Positions 39,853-49,248 of a stretch of DNA of 64,000 bases are shown here, one piece after another (position 1 is the first letter of the stretch; each line of letters starts with the position of its first letter). The position numbers were made by a program, and so were the translations under genes. The DNA comes from an uncultured Poribacteria bacterium (GTDB lineage Bacteria; Poribacteria; WGA-4E; WGA-3G), in contig OX638351.1 of NCBI GenBank assembly GCA_951813565.1, positions 2,656,001 to 2,720,000 on the forward strand, read 5' to 3'. A model generated the notes under the pieces. That model was not told the origin of the DNA. It saw nothing but the letters and a program-made list of their open reading frames with translations, and did not search any database.

Positions 39853-41265
39853 ATGCAACAAAGATGTGCATCGCATTGGACAAGGAAGCGTTTTAGTTAC
39901 GCATTAATTGGAACGCTCATACTATTTTTATTGATATCTGGTGTGTCAAGTCTAATTCTGACACAAGATGTGTTTGCAGACCAGCATGAGACAACTGAAG
40001 TGGAGGCAGAATCATCACTCAATTCCGGTGACACCGCTTGGATGCTAACTTCAACTGCACTCGTGCTGTTTATGACTATTCCGGGACTCGCGCTCTTCTA
40101 CGGGGGACTTGTGCGCGTACAGAATGTACTCTCTGTGCTCATGCAGTGTTTCGCATTGACAGGGATTATCACAATCTTATGGATTATTATTGGGTATAGT
40201 CTTGCTTTTAACACCGCTGGCATGGTGAAAGGGACAATTACATTCAACTCTTTTGTTGGAGGACTCGGTACATTTTTCTTGACAGGTATCGGCGTAGAGA
40301 GTTTATACGACGACAATATTCCCGAAACAGTTTTTGTTACCTTCCAGTTGACGTTTGCGATTATCACACCGGCACTGATAGCCGGGGCATTCGCTGAACG
40401 GATGAAGTTCTCTGCGATGTTGATTTTCTCTGCAATCTGGTCGTTAATTGTTTATGCTCCTATATGCCACATGGCATGGGCAAACGCCGGCGTTGGTGGT
40501 GCCTTATTTGGTGATATTATCGGTGCCCTTGATTTCGCTGGCGGAACCGTTGTGCATATTAACGCAGGGATCGCGGCATTAGTTGCTGCTATATTGGTTG
40601 GAAAACGACTCGGTTACCAGACAACAGCGATGCCACCACATAGTTTGACGCTAACTGTCGTCGGGGCATCAATGCTTTGGGTCGGCTGGTTCGGTTTCAA
40701 CGCCGGTAGTGCTGTTGCTGCTGATGGTACTGCAGGTATGGCGATGCTCGTGACGCAGATTTCGACTGCTACTGCTGCTGTCACATGGATGTTCATTGAA
40801 TGGGGCAAACACGGCAAACCGAGTGCCTTAGGTATTGTTACAGGTGCTGTTGGAGGATTAGTTGCAATTACACCTGCTTCAGGCACAGTTGGTCCGATTG
40901 GTGCGCTTGTTATCGGATTCGTCTCCGGTGCTGTCTGTTTCTGGGGTGCAACAAGTTTAAAAGCGAAACTCGGTTATGACGATTCGCTTGATGCGTTTGG
41001 TGTTCACGGAATCGGTGGAATTGTCGGTGCCTTGTTGACAGGTGTTTTTTCGGCTACAGTTTTAGGTGGTTCTGAAGATATAATGATTGGAAGTCAGCTC
41101 TGGGCACAGTTCCTTAGCATTGTTATCACTATTGTTTGGAGTGGTGTGCTTTCGTTCATAATCCTTAAAATCGTTGATGCAATAGTCGGTTTACGCGTTG
41201 AAGAGGACGATGAACGCATGGGTCTTGACCTCTCACAGCACAACGAACGTGGTTATAACCTCTAA
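39853..41265 (+). CDS. amtB: Ammonium transporter AmtB
   Basis: GDTAWML, PGLALFYGGLVR, DFAGGTVVHINAG, YDDSLDAFGVHG. Confidence 0.95.
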   Translation: MQQRCASHWTRKRFSYALIGTLILFLLISGVSSLILTQDVFADQHETTEVEAESSLNSGDTAWMLTSTALVLFMTIPGLALFYGGLVRVQNVLSVLMQCFALTGIITILWIIIGYSLAFNTAGMVKGTITFNSFVGGLGTFFLTGIGVESLYDDNIPETVFVTFQLTFAIITPALIAGAFAERMKFSAMLIFSAIWSLIVYAPICHMAWANAGVGGALFGDIIGALDFAGGTVVHINAGIAALVAAILVGKRLGYQTTAMPPHSLTLTVVGASMLWVGWFGFNAGSAVAADGTAGMAMLVTQISTATAAVTWMFIEWGKHGKPSALGIVTGAVGGLVAITPASGTVGPIGALVIGFVSGAVCFWGATSLKAKLGYDDSLDAFGVHGIGGIVGALLTGVFSATVLGGSEDIMIGSQLWAQFLSIVITIVWSGVLSFIILKIVDAIVGLRVEEDDERMGLDLSQHNERGYNL

Positions 41266-41364
41266 ACGAGGTAAAATTCCTAACAAGAATAGGCGCGCTT
41301 ATAAAGCGCGCCTACAAATAGATAGAGGCAGGCGGGAAATTCTGTCTGTCCAATTTTTACCAGA

Positions 41365-43374
41365 TTATAACTCAGCTATCCTTCCTGCTATTTCCGCGTC
41401 TGACATAATTTCGTTTCTCACAAGCAGATGTTGTTCTGCCCCAATATTCTGATACACCTCTTCAATCCACGCGGTATTAAAAGCATCACCGGTGTTGTGG
41501 ATAATAAGATTTCGTGGTGCTACAAGTGTCCCCGCAGTACGGAAATCACCTACTTTGCGCAGACTTGGAATCGGTAAAGTTTTCAAATAAGCTTCATCGT
41601 TACCATTATCAAATTGTGCCGCATCCACGACGACGTTTTTGATATTCGTGAATCCCGCTGCAAGCAATGCCCATAAACCTGCTTCACCTATTCCGATTAA
41701 GCTGACTTCTGAAACATCACCTCTGGTTGAGAAATACAGCAACGTTGTCAAAATATCCTGCGCGCGTAATGCCGCAGTTGTGCGGTTGTAGGTGGTGAAA
41801 AAGTTTGTATTCTCCGACCTCTCATACTCACCATGTTCCCCTGTTCCAAACACATCAATAATGAGAACTTTACGATCAGAACTTACCAAATCAGTTATAA
41901 TTGGCAAAGGTTTACCCGTCTCCAAATCTATTAACTTTTCTTTCCCTTCAGGATGCACGATGACAACGACAGGGTCATGTCCTACAAGTGGTTCTGTCCG
42001 AAATAGAACGGCAGGAATAGCGTCTCCGATACCTTTTCTACCAATAACAACGTGCTGCGCAGAATAGTGTGTCTGATAGGTTGTTGGAAAAGCACCTTCT
42101 GGCTCAACAAGGGTTACCTCACTGCTGTTAGGTAAGTGCAATCCAAGTGAATGTTGCAAGGCACTACTCATCTCCTCCGTAAACTTCTGATGCTCAGCTT
42201 CATTTGTCGGTTTACGTTTTTCAATCGTATCTTGGGAATGTTTTACCCAAGCGGGCAGAATTTCGTCCTGTTTCAGTGCATGTGCAGGCATATCACGATC
42301 AGAAAAAACTAACAATGCTTCATCCGATTCGACCTCATAAGACACCTCTTTGAACGCAGACGTATCCGCTGCCCCCAAAAGCCATTTTGCAAACCATGCA
42401 TATACTGCCTCGCGGCTCTCCTTATTGTAGTTATGTTCAGCATCTACCTGAACCTGATGCACTTTGTCTGCTGCATCAAAGTGAGCATAGATGCTTCGGA
42501 TAGCGGGATATTCAACCGTTGGTGTTTTCACTGTCCAATCACCCGTGCATGAAACAAGCAGAAGTGGACGCGGTGCCATCAACGCCCCAATTTCAAGGTT
42601 GCTTGCTTCCAACCGCAAATTCGGTGCGTTTTCGCATAGACAACCGCCCTGCATCGTTGCAGAAATCATATTGACAGGCGCGGAAACCTTGATACGTTCG
42701 TCAACTGCTGTCAAAATAAAGGTTTGCGTTCCACCACCCGACGCACCTGTGCAACCGATGCGTTCTTTATCAACATCTGGTAGGTTTTGCAAGAAATCAA
42801 TGGCACGAATGCCGTTTTGAAGTTGGAGTCCCATCGCGCTCAAACCCCAAAGACCTTCTCGCGCACCACCAAAACGGTGTTCTATCTGTTTGCCACTATC
42901 ATTGTAGCCTATCATATCATAGGCAAAGATAACGTAACCCTGTTTAGCGAAATTGATACAACGGGCAGGAATCGAACCACGTTCTATATCTTCTAACCTG
43001 CCATGTTCCCAATGCCCATGAGGACTTACAATACCCGGAAACGGACCAGTTTTCCCTTTTGGACGGTAGAGATTTCCCGTAGTAAAGAAGCCGGGAAAAG
43101 GTTCAAAATGGACCTTTTCTACGGTGTAATCTTCATGTTCAATTTTTCCAAAGATTTGCGCGTTGAGTGGAGTCGGTTCTTGCGTTGGGAGCAAACCGTT
43201 TGCAACACGAATCTGTTGGCGTAATGCGGCAGCTTTTTCAGTCCATTCTGCTTTGGTGTAGTTTGGAAAAGTGTACGGTGTGTTGAGGTCGCGTGAAGCA
43301 GCACCCCGTGCATCGTTAACTGTTTGTGATGATTCAGTAAATACATGAGCAAGTTCGTGGTGTTGTTCAGCCAT
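41365..43374 (-). CDS. Acetylxylan esterase-like alpha/beta hydrolase with two hydrolase-type domains
   Basis: PHGHW, GCTGASGGGTQT, GGCLCEN, APRPLL, HNYN. Confidence 0.82.
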   Translation of the reverse strand: MAEQHHELAHVFTESSQTVNDARGAASRDLNTPYTFPNYTKAEWTEKAAALRQQIRVANGLLPTQEPTPLNAQIFGKIEHEDYTVEKVHFEPFPGFFTTGNLYRPKGKTGPFPGIVSPHGHWEHGRLEDIERGSIPARCINFAKQGYVIFAYDMIGYNDSGKQIEHRFGGAREGLWGLSAMGLQLQNGIRAIDFLQNLPDVDKERIGCTGASGGGTQTFILTAVDERIKVSAPVNMISATMQGGCLCENAPNLRLEASNLEIGALMAPRPLLLVSCTGDWTVKTPTVEYPAIRSIYAHFDAADKVHQVQVDAEHNYNKESREAVYAWFAKWLLGAADTSAFKEVSYEVESDEALLVFSDRDMPAHALKQDEILPAWVKHSQDTIEKRKPTNEAEHQKFTEEMSSALQHSLGLHLPNSSEVTLVEPEGAFPTTYQTHYSAQHVVIGRKGIGDAIPAVLFRTEPLVGHDPVVVIVHPEGKEKLIDLETGKPLPIITDLVSSDRKVLIIDVFGTGEHGEYERSENTNFFTTYNRTTAALRAQDILTTLLYFSTRGDVSEVSLIGIGEAGLWALLAAGFTNIKNVVVDAAQFDNGNDEAYLKTLPIPSLRKVGDFRTAGTLVAPRNLIIHNTGDAFNTAWIEEVYQNIGAEQHLLVRNEIMSDAEIAGRIAEL

Positions 43375-44059
43375 TATTTATTGCCTCCAAGTGCTTCGCA
43401 ACGATAAACTTCAAAAGTCGGACGATATGTTCCGCATCCCATATTCCGTTGTATACTGGTGAAAATTCAAGTGTGAAGGTTGGTTTTTCGGTTTCAATGT
43501 CGCTGACGGCACCGCGAACGAACGCCCAGCTGTCATTGACGGTGTAACATCCAAAAATTTCTTGTTCTGTTACGGAATCAGGGTTGACGGCTGTTTCACT
43601 GCTTTTTTGCCAAGTGAGCCACGCAGCGGCGAGCATTTCCCCGTAGAGTTGGAATTGGGGTTCGGGTGCCTGAATGCCGCGTTTTGCCCCGTGTACGATA
43701 AGATAAGGTGGACGTATCTGCCCGCCGAGCGCGGGGGCGAGTGCACCATCTGCTTCACCTTCCAATTTAAACGTAGGGTAGATAGCTTTGAGCGGTACGC
43801 TGCTCCATGCTTGAATATGTTCCCGTTCTGCAAGCATCAACATTGGATAAATCGCGCGTGCCCAGAGCGTCGTCTCGTTCATGACGACCAGATGACGACG
43901 GTACAGGGTCGATTTGATATCTTCAAGCCGTCTGCACTCCTCTGCAGTGAGGGCTATTTGCATTTTCTCCCATTTTTCTGGAGAAATATACTTTTCGTTC
44001 AATGTTACAAGTGTCTTAAGTATTTCTTCTGTAAGTTGCGAGAATATATATGTGTCCAT
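43367..44059 (-). CDS. Hypothetical protein with restriction endonuclease-like (PD-(D/E)XK) pattern
   Basis: GEADG...IVHGAKRG...QLYGEMLAA...FGCYTV..W.F. Confidence 0.55.
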   Translation of the reverse strand: MDTYIFSQLTEEILKTLVTLNEKYISPEKWEKMQIALTAEECRRLEDIKSTLYRRHLVVMNETTLWARAIYPMLMLAEREHIQAWSSVPLKAIYPTFKLEGEADGALAPALGGQIRPPYLIVHGAKRGIQAPEPQFQLYGEMLAAAWLTWQKSSETAVNPDSVTEQEIFGCYTVNDSWAFVRGAVSDIETEKPTFTLEFSPVYNGIWDAEHIVRLLKFIVAKHLEAINNG

Positions 44060-44237
44060 CGTTCAAAACCTATATTGCATTAGTTTGTAGGTCAAGGAGA
44101 ACTTTGCGATATCCGCTAAATCATGCCGAATCCTGGGAATGCTACATTGCATTTTCTTTAATACGCGCACGCTGCGGATTTCGCTGTGCTCAACCCGACC
44201 TAAAAGCTGTTTATACTAAAAACAGTGTGAAAGCACA

Positions 44238-44795
44238 TCAGGGAACTACTTTTCCATCCTTATAGATTTTTCGGGAAACCTCTTGTCCGTTTTCGTCCCA
44301 TTCGATCCACAGACCTTCCTGTTCATTGTTTTTATAGGTGCCTTCCTGCTCTTTCTGACCATTGTCATGCCACAAGGTCGACAGACCCTCTCGCTTTCCG
44401 TTTTTTATGGTACCTTTCTTCCTAATTTGCCCATGGTCACTGTGCCACTCAATATAAATTCCGTTCACTTTACCATGTTGAACCTGAATAAGAATCGGAC
44501 CATCAAAAAGCTCTGTTTTTACCCACCCGGTATAAGGTTGTTCCTGATTAGGCGCATAACCTAACTCTTCTCCTGACGGTGATTTTCGAGTTTGTAGGTT
44601 ATCTGCGTCTATAGCTTCAGCGAGAATTTTCTCGCGAACTTTCGGATCATCCCAGTTCGGCTCCCCGCTGCAACCGACAAGTAACGTGAGTGCTAAACAA
44701 AAGGTTATGACCAATTTCATCACTTTCCATACACTATGCATATTTATCACAGACTCTGCGGTCTGCCTTTTTTCTATGATATATTGATTAACCAT
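44238..44795 (-). CDS. Lipoprotein with MORN-variant/YwqK-like repeats
   Basis: LVGC lipobox; KNGKREGLSTLWHDNGQKEQEGTY. Confidence 0.78.
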   Translation of the reverse strand: MVNQYIIEKRQTAESVINMHSVWKVMKLVITFCLALTLLVGCSGEPNWDDPKVREKILAEAIDADNLQTRKSPSGEELGYAPNQEQPYTGWVKTELFDGPILIQVQHGKVNGIYIEWHSDHGQIRKKGTIKNGKREGLSTLWHDNGQKEQEGTYKNNEQEGLWIEWDENGQEVSRKIYKDGKVVP

Positions 44796-44853
44796 TCTTC
44801 TCCTCCATGAGTAAGGGTATTGCCTGACACGGCAAGCAATACCCTCCAAGATT

Positions 44854-45516
44854 TTATGAATTTGAAGTTGTTTCCTCAGTCGAATCTGAGGTAACTTCCT
44901 CAGTTGATAAAGTCGTTTCAATCTTCCTGAGATTGGTTGCCATATCTACAAATAGATTGATTAACTCCGCTATGAAATAGTGGGTAATCAATAATATTGC
45001 CCCACTGAGAACAGACGTAACTAACGAGATCACTCCTATGATAAAACTGACATTCATCCATTGGTCGCTCAGGAAAAATGCCAGAATACCAGGAAATCCA
45101 GAACCGAAAATTGAAGACACTAATCCTTGAATACCTATTCCAACGAGTGAGAGGAATCCTACTTCGCCAAACAATCGAATTAGGATCACTGCAATTGGTA
45201 TCAAAGTGAGATGTGACTCCTCGCCAAGCGCGCGGATTTTATTGGCTCTGTTCCAAAACAACATGGTGAGGACTGCCCCAACAATAAGGTTGATGCAAAG
45301 CACCAAAATTGATCCAATTACGGCAAGTGTCTGAGGGCCTGTTCCCATAAAGTTTCTCGCAGCTATTGAACCAATCAAGATCATAATACCCCATACAATC
45401 GCACCAATCAAAGTAAGCAAGCCCAGAATCTTGAGAAGAATTGATACCCACTTCCGAAATTGGCTTCCGGATTCAAACGAAGCAATCCAATTTACAATAC
45501 TACGTAAAAAGTTCAT
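44854..45516 (-). CDS. Hypothetical membrane protein
   Basis: Several TM helices; ELINLFVDMATNLRKI. Confidence 0.7.
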   Translation of the reverse strand: MNFLRSIVNWIASFESGSQFRKWVSILLKILGLLTLIGAIVWGIMILIGSIAARNFMGTGPQTLAVIGSILVLCINLIVGAVLTMLFWNRANKIRALGEESHLTLIPIAVILIRLFGEVGFLSLVGIGIQGLVSSIFGSGFPGILAFFLSDQWMNVSFIIGVISLVTSVLSGAILLITHYFIAELINLFVDMATNLRKIETTLSTEEVTSDSTEETTSNS

Positions 45517-45636
45517 AAAGTACCCCCTAAAGATGTCAAGGTTTTGTGTGGAATAGTATATCAAATTTCAAGATTATTCTCAATTAATTTAGTTTTATGA
45601 ATTGCCAGTTGACAAGTATTACTGAAAGTTTATATC

Positions 45637-45713
45637 GTCCGTCGGGTAGAGCGTTTTCGAAACCCGATACGTTTAGTCATTGTCGGGTGTTGCAAGCTCT
45701 ACCCGACGGACAA
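45637..45713. repeat. Inverted REP-like doublet
   Basis: GTCCGTCGGGTAGAGC ... GCTCTACCCGACGGAC. Confidence 0.7.
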
Positions 45714-45787
45714 TGCTATTATAGAATATTAACATTTGTGATAAAATGTGCCCGAAAAACCGAAAGCTAAATAACCTTGTATTCTCA

Positions 45788-46333
45788 GGGTGTATAAATA
45801 TTTTGTCACCAGGACTTACGCAAAATGAGCAGAAAAAGGAAATATTGGACTTAAAAAGCCGTAATTTCGGTATTTTATCTCCCCATACGCTATCGCTATG
45901 GGGGCCCGCCCCCTAAATCCCCCTTATCAGAGGACTTTAAGAAAAGGTGCGTAAGTCCTGGTCACTTACTTATTCACGGATTACGCGGATTCTGTAGGAA
46001 CGACCTCGAATTAACGCCAAATGTGCTTGGCAGCATACGCGTATGGTATGCTGCATTCAGTGGGTCGCGACCTGGAGGTCGCTCCTACAAAAAGAAATCG
46101 GGCGGACAAAGCCCTCCAACAAGAGATAATCCAGCATTTTTTCTTAAGTTTACACCCGCAGCATGCCATACGGGAATGCCATAAGGCATTCATATCCGGT
46201 GAATGACTAAAGACGAATGCGCCAAATCAACGGTATGAATGCCCTTTGGCATTCCCCGGGACCCCGCCCTACAGTGGAAAACGCCGCGTAATCATTGCAA
46301 ATTGAACCTATGTAACCAAATATTTACACACCC
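45788..46333. mobile_element. Family B composite MITE with nested elements
   Basis: GGGTGTATAAA ... TTTACACACCC; right-hand 60 bp identical to other family B copies. Confidence 0.72.
45810..45960. mobile_element. 151-bp MITE with IS701 ends
   Basis: CAGGACTTACGCA ... TGCGTAAGTCCTG; 5-bp duplication GTCAC. Confidence 0.9.
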
Positions 46334-46369
46334 CCATACCGTTTACGTATACGGTAAAAACGACAAATC

Positions 46370-48574
46370 CTAATTCATATAATGGTCGCAAGGTTCATCT
46401 AATTCGGCAAGGATTTTTGTTCCAACTTTAAGATACCTCGCATTAAGCATCACGAATTTGTATCCACGCAAAAACAGATATTCTCCTTCAAATTCAATAT
46501 TTTCGTCTGTCTCAGAAGTTGACATCGCTGCGAAACCATCATCAGAGATTAGATATGTATCAGTTACGCCATTAGATTGGACAGTGAAACCTGTAGCCAA
46601 TACATCTGGATCAGCATTGACAGAAACGGCATTAGTCGTGGGACGTTGTTCCATGTTGGGTTTCATTGGAAACAGAATTATATTCAAAACTACAGGCAAT
46701 TCACGCTGGAAGTGATAAGTAAGCCGATTACCATTCAACTTAACGTGAAGGTTAGTCGCATCAACTGCACCGATAAATATATTACTATGCCCAGGTTCTC
46801 GCGTCAATGCCTGCCCAATATCTGGCACAATATATGGCGTAGTAAATTGTTCACGGCATGTGTTAAGGTGAAAAACCTGTTCCAGCAGATGTTCTCCGAC
46901 ACCGAGAACGACATCATGCAAAACAAAGTATTCGCCTTTAACATGAAAAATGGATCGTTTATGCTGATAATCAGATGTTTTATACCATCCCTCCACGAAA
47001 TCAAATACATAAGTCGTTATCCATCGTGTATCAGGATCTGGCACAATTGCCGGTTCAGTCGGTTGTCTTTTTCTATCAATCAGAATCACGTTGTGTCTTT
47101 CGCTTACCGTGCGGGAAGAATCGCCATATCTATTTCCATGGTCGTGTGTAATCAGTTGTCGTCCATGTGCGTACAACACAAAGCTCAACTTATCTTCATA
47201 CCCCGGTTTTCCCAACGGACCGCTATCAAAAAGTAGATATTGTGCGTCAGATTCCCAACTATCTCTCATTACATAGTAGCCAGTATAGGGTAGCGCGTAG
47301 GATAATGTCTGCGGTTCACTATCTCTCTGATTAAAATTATTGATATTACACAGTTCAACAACATCTAAGTTATCAGGAACATTAGCACCGAAAGGTGGGA
47401 AAGACAGATCGGGTTGGCTAATATAGATACAGGCTTCTAACTGCTTCTCTAACAACGCTTTCATATCTTCAGCACACTCAAAATGGCAGGAGTGCTTGAC
47501 TCTGTCATAAGTATGCAAAAATCTGGCAAAATCTGTAATTGCTTCTGTTTGGGAATGCAGCGAGGTATCTTTGTGAAAACCATCTGGGTAGAAGAACGTA
47601 TCAACTATCCATTTGTAGCGACGAGATGCCAACTTGAGAAGTTGGTCACTACGCCGAAATTCTGGGAAGAGGAGTGCTGCAATACCGATTTGCGTAGTTG
47701 CAGAAATTGAGGGTGTTGGATAAATGGACAATTTCAGCAAACATTCAAGGGACACTTTGGCAGTACTAAAGGTATCTGTTCTCTCTAAGTGTGAAATATC
47801 CTTAAAATTCTTTGAGTACTCCTTGCGATAGATTGTATATTCGGACATTGCAGCCGCTATGTTACCCGCTAATACATTATATTTAACACCTTCCAACCCG
47901 CCAAACTCCAAGTTCAGATAATGGAAGAACGTCTTATCACTTAACGGAAACTTTAGCCTGTTATTAGCAGTAAAATTGCAGTTCAGAACCGTGTTATAGC
48001 ATTCAATTGCGGGATCCAGAATTGGAAGGTTTAGTTTATTGGCAAGGGTCAATGCTGCTTCAATTGGATGAATAACATGGGAATCGGCAGATTTTGGGAC
48101 AACTTCAGCGAGATTCGCAGCAATCCGTCCAAATCCTGCGAGGTGCCATAGTTCGGATTGTGGCAACATTGCACAAACGCTACCTGCTAATGCCAACGCA
48201 CTCCCCGCTGCCAATTTTTCACGTGCTGTAGGAGCTTCCGGATATGTATAGAGATACTCTACATGTTCTAAAAGTATTTGGGTAAACGTTTCCCATTCTG
48301 CTTTGTCAAGGGTTTCATGCGCTGCAATAGCAATCGCTTCAATTACACGTGCTGCTACCGATTCAAGTCGCCATGCGGGATGTTGTTCAGCAAATTCAAT
48401 TGGTGTGGGATTTGATTCCGCAAAGGTAAGGAGTTCTTCAAAATCGGCAATTGGCTCAAAGTGGTCAATTACCGGTAACTTTCGTTTTGCGAGTTCTGAT
48501 GCTAACAATTCAACATGTTTGGGTTGAACCGTCGTATATCCGCCTAACGGCATAAATACCACTCTTGATTTCAT
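46370..48574 (-). CDS. Heparinase II/III family protein
   Basis: FYPDGFHKD, TGYYVMRDSW, YLLFDSGPLG, DKLSFVLYAHGR, HNVILID. Confidence 0.8.
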   Translation of the reverse strand: MKSRVVFMPLGGYTTVQPKHVELLASELAKRKLPVIDHFEPIADFEELLTFAESNPTPIEFAEQHPAWRLESVAARVIEAIAIAAHETLDKAEWETFTQILLEHVEYLYTYPEAPTAREKLAAGSALALAGSVCAMLPQSELWHLAGFGRIAANLAEVVPKSADSHVIHPIEAALTLANKLNLPILDPAIECYNTVLNCNFTANNRLKFPLSDKTFFHYLNLEFGGLEGVKYNVLAGNIAAAMSEYTIYRKEYSKNFKDISHLERTDTFSTAKVSLECLLKLSIYPTPSISATTQIGIAALLFPEFRRSDQLLKLASRRYKWIVDTFFYPDGFHKDTSLHSQTEAITDFARFLHTYDRVKHSCHFECAEDMKALLEKQLEACIYISQPDLSFPPFGANVPDNLDVVELCNINNFNQRDSEPQTLSYALPYTGYYVMRDSWESDAQYLLFDSGPLGKPGYEDKLSFVLYAHGRQLITHDHGNRYGDSSRTVSERHNVILIDRKRQPTEPAIVPDPDTRWITTYVFDFVEGWYKTSDYQHKRSIFHVKGEYFVLHDVVLGVGEHLLEQVFHLNTCREQFTTPYIVPDIGQALTREPGHSNIFIGAVDATNLHVKLNGNRLTYHFQRELPVVLNIILFPMKPNMEQRPTTNAVSVNADPDVLATGFTVQSNGVTDTYLISDDGFAAMSTSETDENIEFEGEYLFLRGYKFVMLNARYLKVGTKILAELDEPCDHYMN

Positions 48575-48633
48575 TTATCGTATGTGGTATAATAACAGCA
48601 TTTATAAGTTTTGTCAAAGGTGCTTTAGGGAAT

Positions 48634-48728
48634 GGGTGTGTAAAGTTTTTGTAGAAATCCGCCCTACAGTGGAAAACGCCGCGTAATCATTGCAAATTGA
48701 ACCTATGTAACCAAATATTTACACACCC
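48634..48728. mobile_element. Minimal 95-bp family B MITE
   Basis: 9-bp duplication TTAGGGAAT on both sides. Confidence 0.9.
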
Positions 48729-48819
48729 TTAGGGAATTGCATTATCCTGACCGTTAGAATACTTAGCAAGCAAAGTAGTTTATACAACACATTGACATTT
48801 TTAGATGAGGAGTCCTTTT

Positions 48820-49191
48820 ATGGCATTTACATTTCATCATATACATCTCAGATGTGAAGACCTTGACGGTGCAATCGAATATTATGAAAAGATGTTTGAC
48901 GGAAAGGTTACCGATACCGTTGAAGTCAGAGGATTAAAAATTGTGCGAATGGAAATCGGTGGTGAACGAATCTTTCTCTCACCCAAATTTGGCGATATAG
49001 ATGTTGAACCGACGAGCGGCAATCCCCGATGGGGTGTCTATCAACTGGCTTTCACGGTAGAAGACCTTGACGCTGCCGTTGCCGAATTACAAGAAAAAGG
49101 CGCAGAACTTGAAGACCTAAAACCTTCCGGACTCATGATGGCATTTTTCAAGGGGCCAGATAACGTTCAGATTGAACTCATTGAGGCTTAG
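48820..49191 (+). CDS. VOC/glyoxalase family protein
   Basis: FHHIHLRCEDL, LAFTVEDL, FFKGPDNVQIELIE. Confidence 0.9.
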   Translation: MAFTFHHIHLRCEDLDGAIEYYEKMFDGKVTDTVEVRGLKIVRMEIGGERIFLSPKFGDIDVEPTSGNPRWGVYQLAFTVEDLDAAVAELQEKGAELEDLKPSGLMMAFFKGPDNVQIELIEA

Positions 49192-49248
49192 GTAACTCTT
49201 GGTGGATAATGCACATCCTTGTTCCTAATTCCAACAGTGAGATCTCCT

